Source of the DNA: Carcharhinus longimanus
Lineage: Eukaryota
Assembly (NCBI GenBank): GCA_030264375.1
Contig: JASCQW010000081.1
Location: forward strand, 56,936,784 to 57,000,783
Length of the DNA stretch: 64,000 nucleotides
Direction: 5' to 3'
The notes below the pieces were generated by a model, which worked only from the letters and a program-made list of their open reading frames with translations, ran no database searches and was not told the origin of the DNA. This document shows positions 38,927 to 50,386 of this stretch, piece after piece. Within the stretch, counting starts at the first letter, position 1; every line of letters starts with the position of its first letter. Both the position numbers and the translations under genes were made by a program.

Positions 38927-39274
38927 TCATAGAACCCTACAGTACAGAAAGAGGCCCTTCAGCCCATCGAGTCTGCATCGACCACAATCCCACCCAGGCC
39001 CTACCCCATATCCCTACACATTTACCCACTAAGCCCTCTAACCTACGCATCCCAGGACACTAATGGGCAATTTTAGCACGGCCAATCAACCTAACCCGCG
39101 CATCTTTGGACTGTGGGAGGAAACCAGAGCACCCAGAGGAAACCCACGCAGACACGAGGAGAATGTGCAAACTCNNNNNNNNNNNNNNNNNNNNNNNNNN
39201 NNNNNNNNNNNNNNNNNNNNNNNNNNNNNNNNNNNNNNNNNNNNNNNNNNNNNNNNNNNNNNNNNNNNNNNNNN
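38927..39274 (-). mobile_element. HE1-type V-SINE (5' part in N gap)
   Basis: Reverse complement of the HE1 core and tail. Confidence 0.85.
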
Positions 39275-41099
39275 ATTTTGCAACTCAAGCTTGGATTTGA
39301 ACCCAAGTTTAGTCTAACAGGATAAAACAAATGAGTACAATGAATTGGAATTCAAAATAATTACGATGAGCATCTCACAAGCTGGCCTAATTTCACATTA
39401 TTTTAGAAGGAAAAATACTACTGACTTTGGGATGATGTAGATTGTTGTACAACACCCTCCACCCCGAGTAAAAGGGAGTTTTCATTACTACCAAAAATAC
39501 TGTTCCTGACTCATCAGGGCAACATGCGAAAGTATTAGGAACAGTACTTATATCCAAAGAATATTTCATCTTGGTAAATTCTGAATATGTGGATAGATTT
39601 TATCATGAAACTCCTCGCATGGAATAAGTTTAGAAATTCCCACGAAACTCAGTGCCATCTAATCTTAGATCTTATCTCTCCCTTTTGTTGATCTTCTCCC
39701 CTCTCTCATATTAAGATTTATTGATAACACTAATTTTAATAGCTCCTTAGCATTAGTGAAAATTTCAAACATTTTGTTTGGTAACTAGGTCTATTTTGTC
39801 CCATTTCCTTTAGTCTTTACTACAGAGTTAAAGAATCATCAGCAGCCAGCATTCAGTGGGTGGGGAGCACAGCCTTATCTAAACATTTACAACAGAAGTG
39901 GGACTGCAGTGAGGAAGATACAAGAATGATACCAGTGAACAGAGGGGGGATACGTATACGGAGGGGAAAATCTTTTTAAAAAAAGCTTTAAAAAGGAGTA
40001 AGCTTCACCCCAGAAGGACAATATAATTAATTATTCACAAGCAGAACATAGGGATTTTTAAAAAAATGGGCATTTAAAATATTTGTGAATGAAATACGGG
40101 TTGTTATAAAATAACTTTTAAGAAGTATATAATCAGCTGGCTGAAAAAAAAGACCATTCAGGAATCTGAAGAAAACATCAAAGTGATTGGCTTGTTTTCC
40201 ATGTGTTACAGACTCTGATTTAAAGCAATTCCTAGTGGTGCAAATTTTTGGAAATCAGCATGGCTAACCTGAGTGTGATGAAGTAAGCCAATCAGAAACG
40301 TGTGGGGAATGATTTCTCATGTGATGGACATTTAATTTTCTATGCCAGACATTTATGATACATGAATACCGAAGATATATTTGTCTTGCCTATAACGTAT
40401 GTTTGTAATATACTGTACTAAACTACCAAACTTGCTAAGTGATCACTTGATATTATGATTCAGTTGTCAGAAGAGTGCAAAACACAGGTTTTAAAGTGCC
40501 TTCTTTTGTTCAAATTAAACAGTTTTTCTTTTAAAAAATTATTTTTCCTGACATGATCAAATTACAACCCACTTAGCCTCCCTTCCAATGCTCTGGTGAA
40601 GAATGGGGTCCCAATCCACTCCGACTCGGTGTCTGACGCAAACCTCAGACTAATTTATTTACCATTCCCTAGACCAATTTCTCTGGTGACTGCTGCTGGC
40701 CCATATACCAGTAATCCAAGAGCCAAACCACAAGGAAGAATACTAGTCAATATTGGACAAGTTGGACTTGTTTAAAACACAAGTAATGGAGTCCGAAACA
40801 CCCACAATTACTATCACATTAGCACAATAAAAGATCATAGAAACCTGGAACTGTATCTCTCAAAAGGCTGTGAACGCCGAGTCAATTGAAATTTAAGACC
40901 GAGTGTGATAAGTTAAGGAAAGGGTTGCAAGGGAAATGGAAAATGCTGAGTAAATAAAGATACAAGTCAACCATGATCTATCTGAATGGCAGAACAGATT
41001 CAAGAGATTTAATAGACTCTTCCTGTTCCCATGTTTTAAAGAGCAACACAAGTTTCAATAACCCATCCAAATTGAGAATAAGCCATTATTTGTACCTAC

Positions 41100-41642
41100 C
41101 TCACTGAAGTGCAGGTATATATACTCTCTGGCCTTTTCACTCAACTCTTGGCAGCCAATTTCTTCAGCAAATGAGGCGATACCAATAGCATTACTGGGAT
41201 CCAATTGCTCCACTAGAAATTTGCAGCATGCTTTAACGACACTATCTATCTGGTACATCACTGCTCCATTCATGACATGCAGCACACATTTCTCTCCTAC
41301 TGTAATACTAGCAGTGTATGCAAACTCGATCAAACGTTGCATTACTTTAGGGTGAACACCCACAATAGGTATAACCTCCATTCCACATTCTTTCAAACCA
41401 TTGGTAAACATGGCCTTGAAAACAGGGCTGCAGGATGCAAGCACAATTTTGTGTGCAACAAACTCCTCCTCCAGGGCATTGTGCCTCACCCGGAGTGTCA
41501 CGTCACAGAGTTGCTTGTTTAAGCGTATCTCATTCATTATTTTAAAAGCTTCCACCGTGTGGTTTTCCAGTGTGTAACTGAAGTAACGGCTAGCATTCTG
41601 TGATGGCATCACTTCTGCCGGGCACCCAGTTGTCATCGACAT
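41100..41642 (-). CDS. KEAP1: KEAP1 first coding exon (NTR + BTB) from the first ATG of the open frame (equivalent to human Met32): MSMTTGCPAEVMPSQ...YLHFSE
   Basis: BTB motifs (LCDVTL, AHKIVLAS, GEKCVLHVM = C151 site); donor GAG|gtaggt, phase 0. The exon extends 5' to an acceptor at 41784; the true start may be upstream (see findings). Confidence 0.95.
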
Positions 41643-41784
41643 TTCTCCACAGTCACTGTGCACAGGTCATTGCTTCTCAAGAAAGGAAGCAGAAATCAGC
41701 TGCATTGAAATGGGTACATTTCACATCCGTTCAGGTTGGGTCCATTCTCAACTCCGTTTGAGAATAAGTCACTTTCTTGGGCAT
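41643..41784 (-). other. KEAP1: 5' part of KEAP1 exon 2: uORF-rich leader or UGA-interrupted N-terminal extension
   Basis: Acceptor ttttctcttccccaag|ATG at 41784; six ATGs, eight TGAs and no TAA/TAG in 142 nt. Confidence 0.75.
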
Positions 41785-42446
41785 CTTGGGGAAGAGAAAA
41801 TATAACAATTATTTTTTTTTATGAGCAAGAGAACAGCTTTAGGTTCTTCTAACTAGATTAATTCACCCAACCATTGTAGCACACTTCTTTATCTCTTCTT
41901 CACCTTGAATCATATACTTTCACCTCAATGATCTTCCCTGGTAATTCACAGCTGGTTTACCTACCTACTACTAATTTAATTTTTAAACTTTCCCCTTTGG
42001 TTTTTAAATCCTTTGCAATAATTCAATCTGTCTAAATTCTTCCTCATCCAAAAATCATATTCTATCTCCCATTTGTTTCATTGAGTAATATCATCTTTCC
42101 TAGAATTAGATCATAAAAATTCAAGGTGAAGTCTGACCAATGCTTTAAGCTGCAAGAATTCAAATTGATTTGAAGACCAATTAGCTGCTTACTAATGTCT
42201 CAGCGTAATGGCACCGAGAAAACTGACCACTGGTAATTCAGAAGGTCAGTAAGTCGTCTCAACACCAGGTTAAAGTCCAACAGGTCATGGCATTCCAGAA
42301 AGTTCCAAGGTTGATTTCCAATCTGAGCTGCTTTGGTCAGTATAAAATTCCTGGTCACCTTTGTGTATGAGTCAACACTGCCCAATATCTACCTTGAAGG
42401 TGTTATAATCCTTTGGATCTGAAATGGATGTTGTATCTTTCACATG

Positions 42447-42745
42447 GGCAGAACGGTGGCGCGATGGTTGGCACTGCTACCTCACAACGCCAGGGGTCTG
42501 GGTTTGATTCCTGGCTTGGGTCACTGTTCTGTGTGCCGTCTGCACATTCTCCGTGTCTGCATGGGCTTTCTCTGGGTGCTCTGGTTTCCTCCCACAGTCA
42601 GAGATGTGCTGGTGAGACACTGAGGGAAAATTTAGCATAGCCAGTGTACCTGAACAGGCGCCAGTGTGGGGGAACTAGGGGACTTTCATATTAACTTCAT
42701 TGCAGTGATAATGTAAGCCTACTTGTGACACTAATAAATAAACAA
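42447..42745 (+). mobile_element. V-SINE (HE1-related, alternative tail)
   Basis: tRNA head + V core + tail aacttcattgcagtg..gtaagcctacttgtgacactaataaa; antisense relatives at 50133-50386 and 52606-52665. Confidence 0.75.
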
Positions 42746-43442
42746 ACTGGATCAAGAGCTTCTACAATCTGGCAGATTAGTGAGGTGAGGTTCAATGTAA
42801 TTCGCTAAACTGTTTTTTAAAAAGACACAATAATTATATGGAATCTGTCAATTGCACCTTTCCTCCAAAGAATTAAATAAACCAGATCCCCTATCCTTTC
42901 TCCCAGCTGACTTTTTTTCTGGCTGGAAAATTTACCTTCTGTAATTTAGATTCCAATGCTAGGCACACATCTTTAAACCAGTCTCTAGTTTAAAATATGA
43001 TTGACAACAAAGAATATCTTCTCTTGCTCAGGGTGCTCAAAGGGCAATGAGAGAGGGCAAGACAGAGCCATGTCTCCTTCTTTATTTAGGTTGCCAGGCC
43101 TATTGGTGAATGCTCAACAACAACCCTTATTTCCAAAGCTTCATTCTTAGCAGGTTCACGTAAATAAAAATGATTCAATATAATAGGCATGATTGAGAGT
43201 TCAAACCCTATTTCAAAGATGTGAGTACAGAACATTTGCTGTCATTTCAGTGAAATACTCCACTGCTTTGCCATCATTTACGCAAGTTGTTAAAAAGCCT
43301 CATCTGCTTTTTTAGGTGGATAGAAAATAACTCAAGGGGCTATTGAAGAGCAGATAGTTTTTGCAGTGATCTTTCAACATTTATTCTTCAACAAATATCA
43401 CTAAAAGTAAATTATTAAACCATTCATCTCATTGCTATATGA

Positions 43443-43750
43443 GTGGCATGGTGGCCCAGTGGTTAGCACTGCTGCCTCAGAGCACCAAGGACCAAGGTTC
43501 AATTCTGGCTTCTAGTGACAAATTCTCCCCACATCTGCGTGGGTTTCCTCGAGCTATTGCAGTTCCTTCCCACAGTCCAAAAGAGATGCGGGTAAGGTTG
43601 ACTGGCCACGCTAAATTGACCATTAGTGTCAGTAGGATTAGTTTGGTAAACATGTGGTGTTATGGGAATGGGGCCTGTGTGGAATTATTATTGGTGCAGG
43701 CTCGATGGGCCAAATAACCTCCTCCTGCACTGCAGGAATTCTCTGATATC
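43443..43750 (+). mobile_element. HE1-type V-SINE (internally deleted)
   Basis: gtggcccagtggttagcactgctgcctca...tgcactgcaggaattctctga. Confidence 0.8.
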
Positions 43751-43754
43751 TGAG

Positions 43755-44800
43755 AATATTGGGGTTTGTAGACAGCCCCTTGGGATTGAGGATGACTTGC
43801 TTCCAACTCCAGTTTGATAGGCTCCAAGACGAGCAACAAGCCAATGCACATTCTGCAGCCTTACCACATGTAGCAAATGAGTTGTTTGAGACTTTTGTGC
43901 TCTGACACCTTGATTGTACTTCTGCATGTTCCACTGTATTTGTTCATCGGTCGCAAGCCTGGGTGCATGGGTTGGTGGATATGTTTAGTCTCTCCAATAC
44001 TTTGAGGACATCAGAAACATTTTAGGGAAGTCTCCTGTCATGTTAGGAGTAGAACAATTATTTCAGTTTGGTCACAGGCATACAAAAGACATTCCTGTCA
44101 GCAGAGTTGGTTTTGAGTGATTAGTGCCTCGACACTGGGCAAGTTAACTTGGGAGTGGATGTTGCTGTTGGAATGCTTGCTTGCCACAGGATTTTGGAAG
44201 ATCTTTTGAAGACACTGCTCGTTATACTTGTCCAATGCTTTTGAGAAACCTGCTGTAGTCACTCAAATCTCTGTAGAATATTGGAATGCAGGATAAACTA
44301 TTACTTAATCTTGGGGTTAAGATCCTGGTAGTCAAATACTTTTTTCCTTAGCTGCTAAAAGTCAAACCGATATTTTGGTGGCGATACTGAATTTTGTCAT
44401 CTGTGTCTGCTTTCATTGAGGAAACTCCCATGATATAAAAAGTCCACATTTTCCAGGATATAATCATTAATCTTAAATTCAACAGTGAGAGGTGTTTTGC
44501 TGTAAGAGATGGCTGTTTTGCAGGTGTTTAATGAAGGGCTAATTTTCCCCTTCTGCAGCAGAGAAACAATGGATTACCTAGAGCTAAGTTTCTGAATGAA
44601 CGTGCATGCGAGCACTTGCACGCTGAAGAAATAGAATGGAGGTAACCCCACATCTAAGGTACTGCATTGACCCACCGTCAACATTTGAGTTTAGTTCAGT
44701 CAGAGATGGAATAAAATATTGCATAATGTTCCCCAGCAGCTGGAGTGTGCAATAGGCATGGATGCCTCACCATTACATAAAAGCTCCTTCTCCACCACAT
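43755..44800 (-). mobile_element. Degraded non-LTR retroelement remnant, possibly RTE clade
   Basis: Tail gggattgaggatgacttgcttcca and decayed RT-like sequence; family assigned by eye. Confidence 0.4.
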
Positions 44801-45934
44801 GCTGCCACCTATGGTTTTCTTTCTAAATCAGGGTTTTAAACATAACCCTTAAAACACAACTCATTATCCTATAAGACTCTTAAAAAAAAAAGACAGGATG
44901 TTACACATAGCTTTTGCAGCCTGTTCTTCTCTTTGTCATATGGTGGACCTCATGCGCACAGAATAAAATGCAAAGGATACGAGAGAGCAACTGCCATCTA
45001 TTAGCTCAGTTAAAAAAGAATGCTGTTGGAGGACAAGACAGAAGAACGGAAGAAGATTTGTGAATTGTACATCTTTTTCAGAGAAGATGTTGCACCCTGG
45101 GTTTAAAGCCATAGAAATGTTACACCACAGAAAGAGGCCATTCTGCCCATTGTGTCTACATGAGTTGAAAAACAAAACTAGTTGCCCATTCTAATCCCAA
45201 CTTCCAGCACCCAGATTGTGGCCTGGTACTTTCTAAATGAGTTGAGGGTTTCTGCCTCACCATTCTGGGCAGGAAAGTCCAGACACCTAACACCATCTTT
45301 AGCCCATATTTCCTCTACTAATCACCTTAAATTTGTACCCCCTGGATGATTGAGCTTGGTTGCTGGGGGAAAACATGTCTTCCTTGTCTACTTTATCAGG
45401 AGCCTTCATAATTTTGTAGACTTGAACTAAGTCACTCCTTAGGACCTCTGCTACTTGCCAAGGAATGATTCGATTAAGATAAGTCTCCTTAAAAGTTTAT
45501 AAGGAGGAGAATAAATATTGCAAAGAATGGACTAGTTCATGGACAGAGGCCTCTAATGGTACAGTATTTCACTTGGAGGCAAGCAACAGTAGCTTGCACC
45601 CTTTCCATAACCAAATTAGGAAACCGCACATCAAAACTTTTGCAGAAAATTGAAATCCCCCTTAAACTCCCTCAACATTCTCAGTTTGGACTGCTAACCA
45701 CCAGTTGTGGGGCTAATACGATTATCTTCAATGTTCACAATTTGGAAAAAAGAACGAGTTGGGGTACCTATGATCTATATTGTCTTTCCTACAAGTGGAC
45801 GTCATGTATGTAGTTCACTTTAGGGTATAGCATTCTCAACTGTTGAATACCTCACCAACATTGTGTTCAGAAATCAATGATCTGCTGAAGAAGGGGTTAA
45901 AGGTTTATTGACAGTTAAGGGATGAAGTCACAGC

Positions 45935-45945
45935 ATGAGTCAGCA
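45935..45945 (+). promoter_or_regulatory. Perfect NRF2/sMAF antioxidant response element in KEAP1 intron 1
   Basis: ATGAGTCAGCA matches RTGA(C/G)TCAGCA. Confidence 0.45.
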
Positions 45946-47469
45946 GTTTCAGTAAAGGAGGAGAGAGAAATATTTTCTCTGAATAATGGTGCATCATGGC
46001 ACTGAGCCACATAGACCAGGAAAACACCGAGTTTACGCTGATTGTTGGCAATGTCATACTCAAGTTTGGTCCTGTCCTCAAATTTTCATTAGTAAACATG
46101 AGCAGGAACTTGATCGGATATATTCCCTCACTTAATCCAATATGTCGAAGCCAAATACAGCACTGACTGCTTCAACACAAGACTTGGACCTTGTCCATGT
46201 CACTCAGTAACACAACATGTGTTGTATTTATCAATGAATCACTGAGGCCATCAAAACAATTTTTAAAATTTGAATGTACTCACTTTAGCAAGTGTTTTTG
46301 CACAACACTGGCATTGGAATGCTACAGCAAATACAATACTGAAAGCTTATAGCAATCAAACTTAGATATTAGTGAACATTTCTATTATATACAATGACTC
46401 TCATTTCAGGCAAAAAAATTGATCTTTGATACCTATATCTAACACAAAGAAAGATTCCAACTCCATCCTGTTCACAGAATTTGATATGGTTTGATATGGT
46501 ACTCTCTCAAAAGATAACTGACGTAGGAAACGAAAGCAACACATTGGCAAAGGAGAAAGTGGTTCAGACAAGAGAGGGAAGGAGACATGAGTATGGGAGA
46601 CTTGGGTGAGAAAATGCAGAATAGCCTTTAAGTCGATAGTGATGGGGGAAAAATAAAGCTGCAGGGAATCAATTATTTGAAGAATAAGCATATACAATTA
46701 GTCCAGGAAGGGATGGGAATGTGGGGGCATAATTGAATACACAGGAAAACTAATTACACTTATCTGAGAAGTAATAATCTATCTAACCCTTTCCCAGTAT
46801 TAACATCTCTCATCTCAACGCATACAAAGAAACAAGTCATTTTTTTCCACCTGCTGATAGATGCTTTTTCCTCTCATTTACTGATGTTTGTCCTGAAATT
46901 ATATTGCCCGAGGAACGCAACCTGTTTATCAGTGTTTACACCTGCTACCAAGTTATTATTCCCCACTTAAACAACGGTCCTATGTGACTGCACACTAGAG
47001 CTTTCCTGTTCGAACAGCAGCATGTACGTGTGACAGAAACACACAAGGCTCCCTTGTCTCAAGGGTAAATTGGACAGGTACAAATGTCAAGTCTCTCCTG
47101 CTCTGGGAATTGCATGCATACATGACAAATACACACCAGCACGGCTTCAACTCCAGGTACAGATTCAAAATATTTACACATTGCCAGTTTAATTACTTGT
47201 ATTAGTTTACAGCAGTTCTTCTCATGCCCTCAGACATACAAGAAACATAATTGCAAACACGTCTTGTTCTTCAATGCAGCACTGTCAGGGGAAAGATAAT
47301 GGCTGTAATGAGGAAGCTGGGATTTTCAATATGAATTGATAGGTACTATCGGCACTCAGCACAGAAATTACAAAGGTGTCCAAATTTCTGGAACTGGATC
47401 AATGTGCCACAACAACAGCTCATTTAAAATAAATTTATCTAATAATTTTAATTGAATCATGTAAAATAA

Positions 47470-48340
47470 CCCTTTGGTTTTCAACTCTTCAGTCATTGGA
47501 AACACTTTCTACTTACTCTGTCAAAACTCGTGATTATAGACACCTCAATCAAATTTCTGTTCAGCTTTCTCCACTCTTAAGATGAACAACATTCTGCTTC
47601 CAATCTATCCATCACCTCCGGAACCACTAATGAATCTTTTGTGAACCCTCTTCAGATCATTCATATCTTTCTTAAACTGTGGTGCCAGAATTGGACACAA
47701 TGTTCCAGCTGCAGCAAACCAACATTTTATTCAGGTATAGCATAATTTATTTGCATTTGTACTCATATCTATGAGCTCAAAGTCCTAATATTTAGTTAAA
47801 GGTTTTGTCAAGCTGTCCTGCCGTCTGCAACTAATTTGTGCACGAGCACCCTGGGTCTCTCTTCCACCGCCTTTAAAATCATACTAGTTAGCACATACTG
47901 TCTCCATTTTTCTGAGCAAAATGTATCACACTTTTCTGCTTTAAATTTCAGCTGCCACACATCCACCCATGCCACAAGTCTGCTTATGTCCTCTTCAAAT
48001 GTATTACCATCATCTTCATTTTTTACTACATTTCAAGTTTAGTCGCATCTGCGAATATTGAAATTGGGCCTTAATGTCCCAAAGTCAAAGCCATTAACAC
48101 ATCAAAAGTACAGCAGTAATCATTTTACTGCACCTAGTACTAAACTCGTTTGCCTTCCTCCAGTCTGAAAAGCAGATTCTCAACTGTTTTCTACCCCTTA
48201 GCCAATTTTGTATATGTGCCAATATTGTCCCTTTCACTCCAGGTGTTTTAAATCTGCTAACAAGTCTATTCTGTGATACTTTCCAAACACTTTCAAAGTC
48301 TACTTATACACTATCAACTGTACTGCCCCATATCTACTCT
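47470..48340 (-). mobile_element. Degraded CR1 LINE fragment
   Basis: Antisense CR1 ORF2 signatures (gtggtgccagaattggacacaa; gtcgcatctgcgaat = FADAT; tccaaacactttcaaagtc). Confidence 0.6.
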
Positions 48341-50132
48341 ATCCACCTCAAGTATCTTAATTAAGATGAATAGATCAACACCTACAGCTTCTACGGCCTC
48401 AGTGTTTGGAAAAACTAGACACTTCAATGTATATTTTTAAGTCCCAATGACAACACTGAGAACTTTTATCATAAAAGTTCTGCAAACTACTCTTTAGTAT
48501 GATTTCCAGGTCAACCTTAAGCTACATTTTCTTAATATAACTACCGTAAGTGGTTTGAAAAAAACCAGAGCATATTTATATAAAAAAAGTACACATATGT
48601 TGCAGAAATGACCAGCACAAAGTTGTCAGTTAAGAAAGTGAGAAAAGAGAGGAAACATTTAATAATCAATTACACCTTTTGCACTTTGGTTTCGCTTTTA
48701 TGCTCTCTCTTAGAAACAAACTTCCAACCAGTACACAACTACAAATATATATTAAAAATTAAAAATAATGTTTCACTATTATTTCTAACGTACCAGTAAA
48801 ATGTTAGATAAGTAACTTGTTCTCCATTTAATGGGTGCAGAAGAGGAACAATTACAAAGCTGATTATCTACATCACTGACTTTGAGCAATTTCATGGTAA
48901 TGTCAGTGAACTACAATAATAGTTAATTGTTTGAATCAGCTATGGATTACTAAATTTATTGCGAAGTAAGAGCATACTTGACCTTTTGTGTATCGATAAC
49001 AATACAGTTTTAACTTGGAAAAATCTGTTGCATTGGAATCCTTTTCAGAAACACACTTCCTACCACTATTTACTCTTATTTGCATCAATTAAGCAGGAGG
49101 GAAGTCATCCCCACTAAATTCTTTGCCAAGATTACTCCGAATTATTATCGGGTTGACGTGTGTGAGCCAAGCTAATGAATGTTATCAGACCATTTACTCA
49201 TGGTGATGCCACGGGTCACTCGCTTCGTGTCTCTATATGTGCATTTTCAACTGGGCGTCATCAGAAATGGGCTGGAACATTTGCTGACCTTCCATGCCCT
49301 TTACCTATAAGCCAATCTTTGGATCATTTTGACAGATTCAATAGAGGAGAAATTGGACCAGCATTATACAGGAGGATGTATTTATCAAGTAGCCTGTTGG
49401 GCAGTTGGAAGGCAGCTTCTAACATTATTTGACCTCAGAATAATCAGGTTTGGTTTGGATTTAAAAACAGCATCAAGATCAATAATTATAAAGGAATTCA
49501 ACCAATGATTATTTGCCAAAGTGACCATTCTTCATGTGATCTTATCCAATGTCAACATGTTAATGGCAAATTGTGTTGGGGGAATAGTTTATAAGCGCCT
49601 GAACTCACTTCCCAAGGATGGTTCAGCACTGTCACTGTATCAAGCTCGGATGGAGCCCAAACACTAGAGGCGTACATGCCCAAATCAGTTTGAAATTACT
49701 CCTGAAAAGGAGTTAAAACTTTGAAATTTTTTATACCAAAACAGAATTTTTGGATGTTTGAGAAACATTTCTGCAACATTCCTTTGTCACTGAATTTGAC
49801 TGTGGCAGCAGTTCTCAGTCTAAAGGTTGTGACACGGCTCCAATGATTTGAATGAGGAATTAAAACATGGCATTCTATAACCTTTCACCAGCCTGTTGTC
49901 AGTTTTAAAAATACTGCTTAAAAAGTTTTTTGTTACTCCATAATGGGGAATGATTGTTTCACATTTGTTTTTAATACTATTATCCCATGATATCAGGTAG
50001 GAGATTTCAGGTTTATTCATTCAGTTTCCAGTGTAACCAAGTCTTATTGCACTTCAGATACTTTCAAGATTCAGATCAGATCAGTTGCCATTTCCTATTG
50101 CTTTGCTGGGTTGCAGGGCGTTTGGTGGAAGT

Positions 50133-50386
50133 AAAGTTTATTTACTAGTCACAAGTAAGGCTTACATTATCACTGCAATGAAGTTACTGTGAAATTCCCC
50201 TAGCTGCCACACTACAGGATCTGTTCAGGTCAATGCACCTAACCAGCACATCTTTCAGACTGTAGGAAGGAAACCGGAGCACCCAGAGGAAACTCACGCA
50301 GACATGGGGAGAACGTACAAACTCCACACAGACAGTGACCCAAGCCTGGAATCGAACCTGGTCCCTGGTGCTGTGAGGCAGCAGTG
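50133..50386 (-). mobile_element. V-SINE (HE1-related)
   Basis: Reverse complement of the 42447 type. Confidence 0.8.

Noticed and set aside
41661-41663. ORF-track GTG start for KEAP1
   Set aside because: Near-cognate codon in poor context, chosen only because it is the first allowed start after the in-frame TGA.
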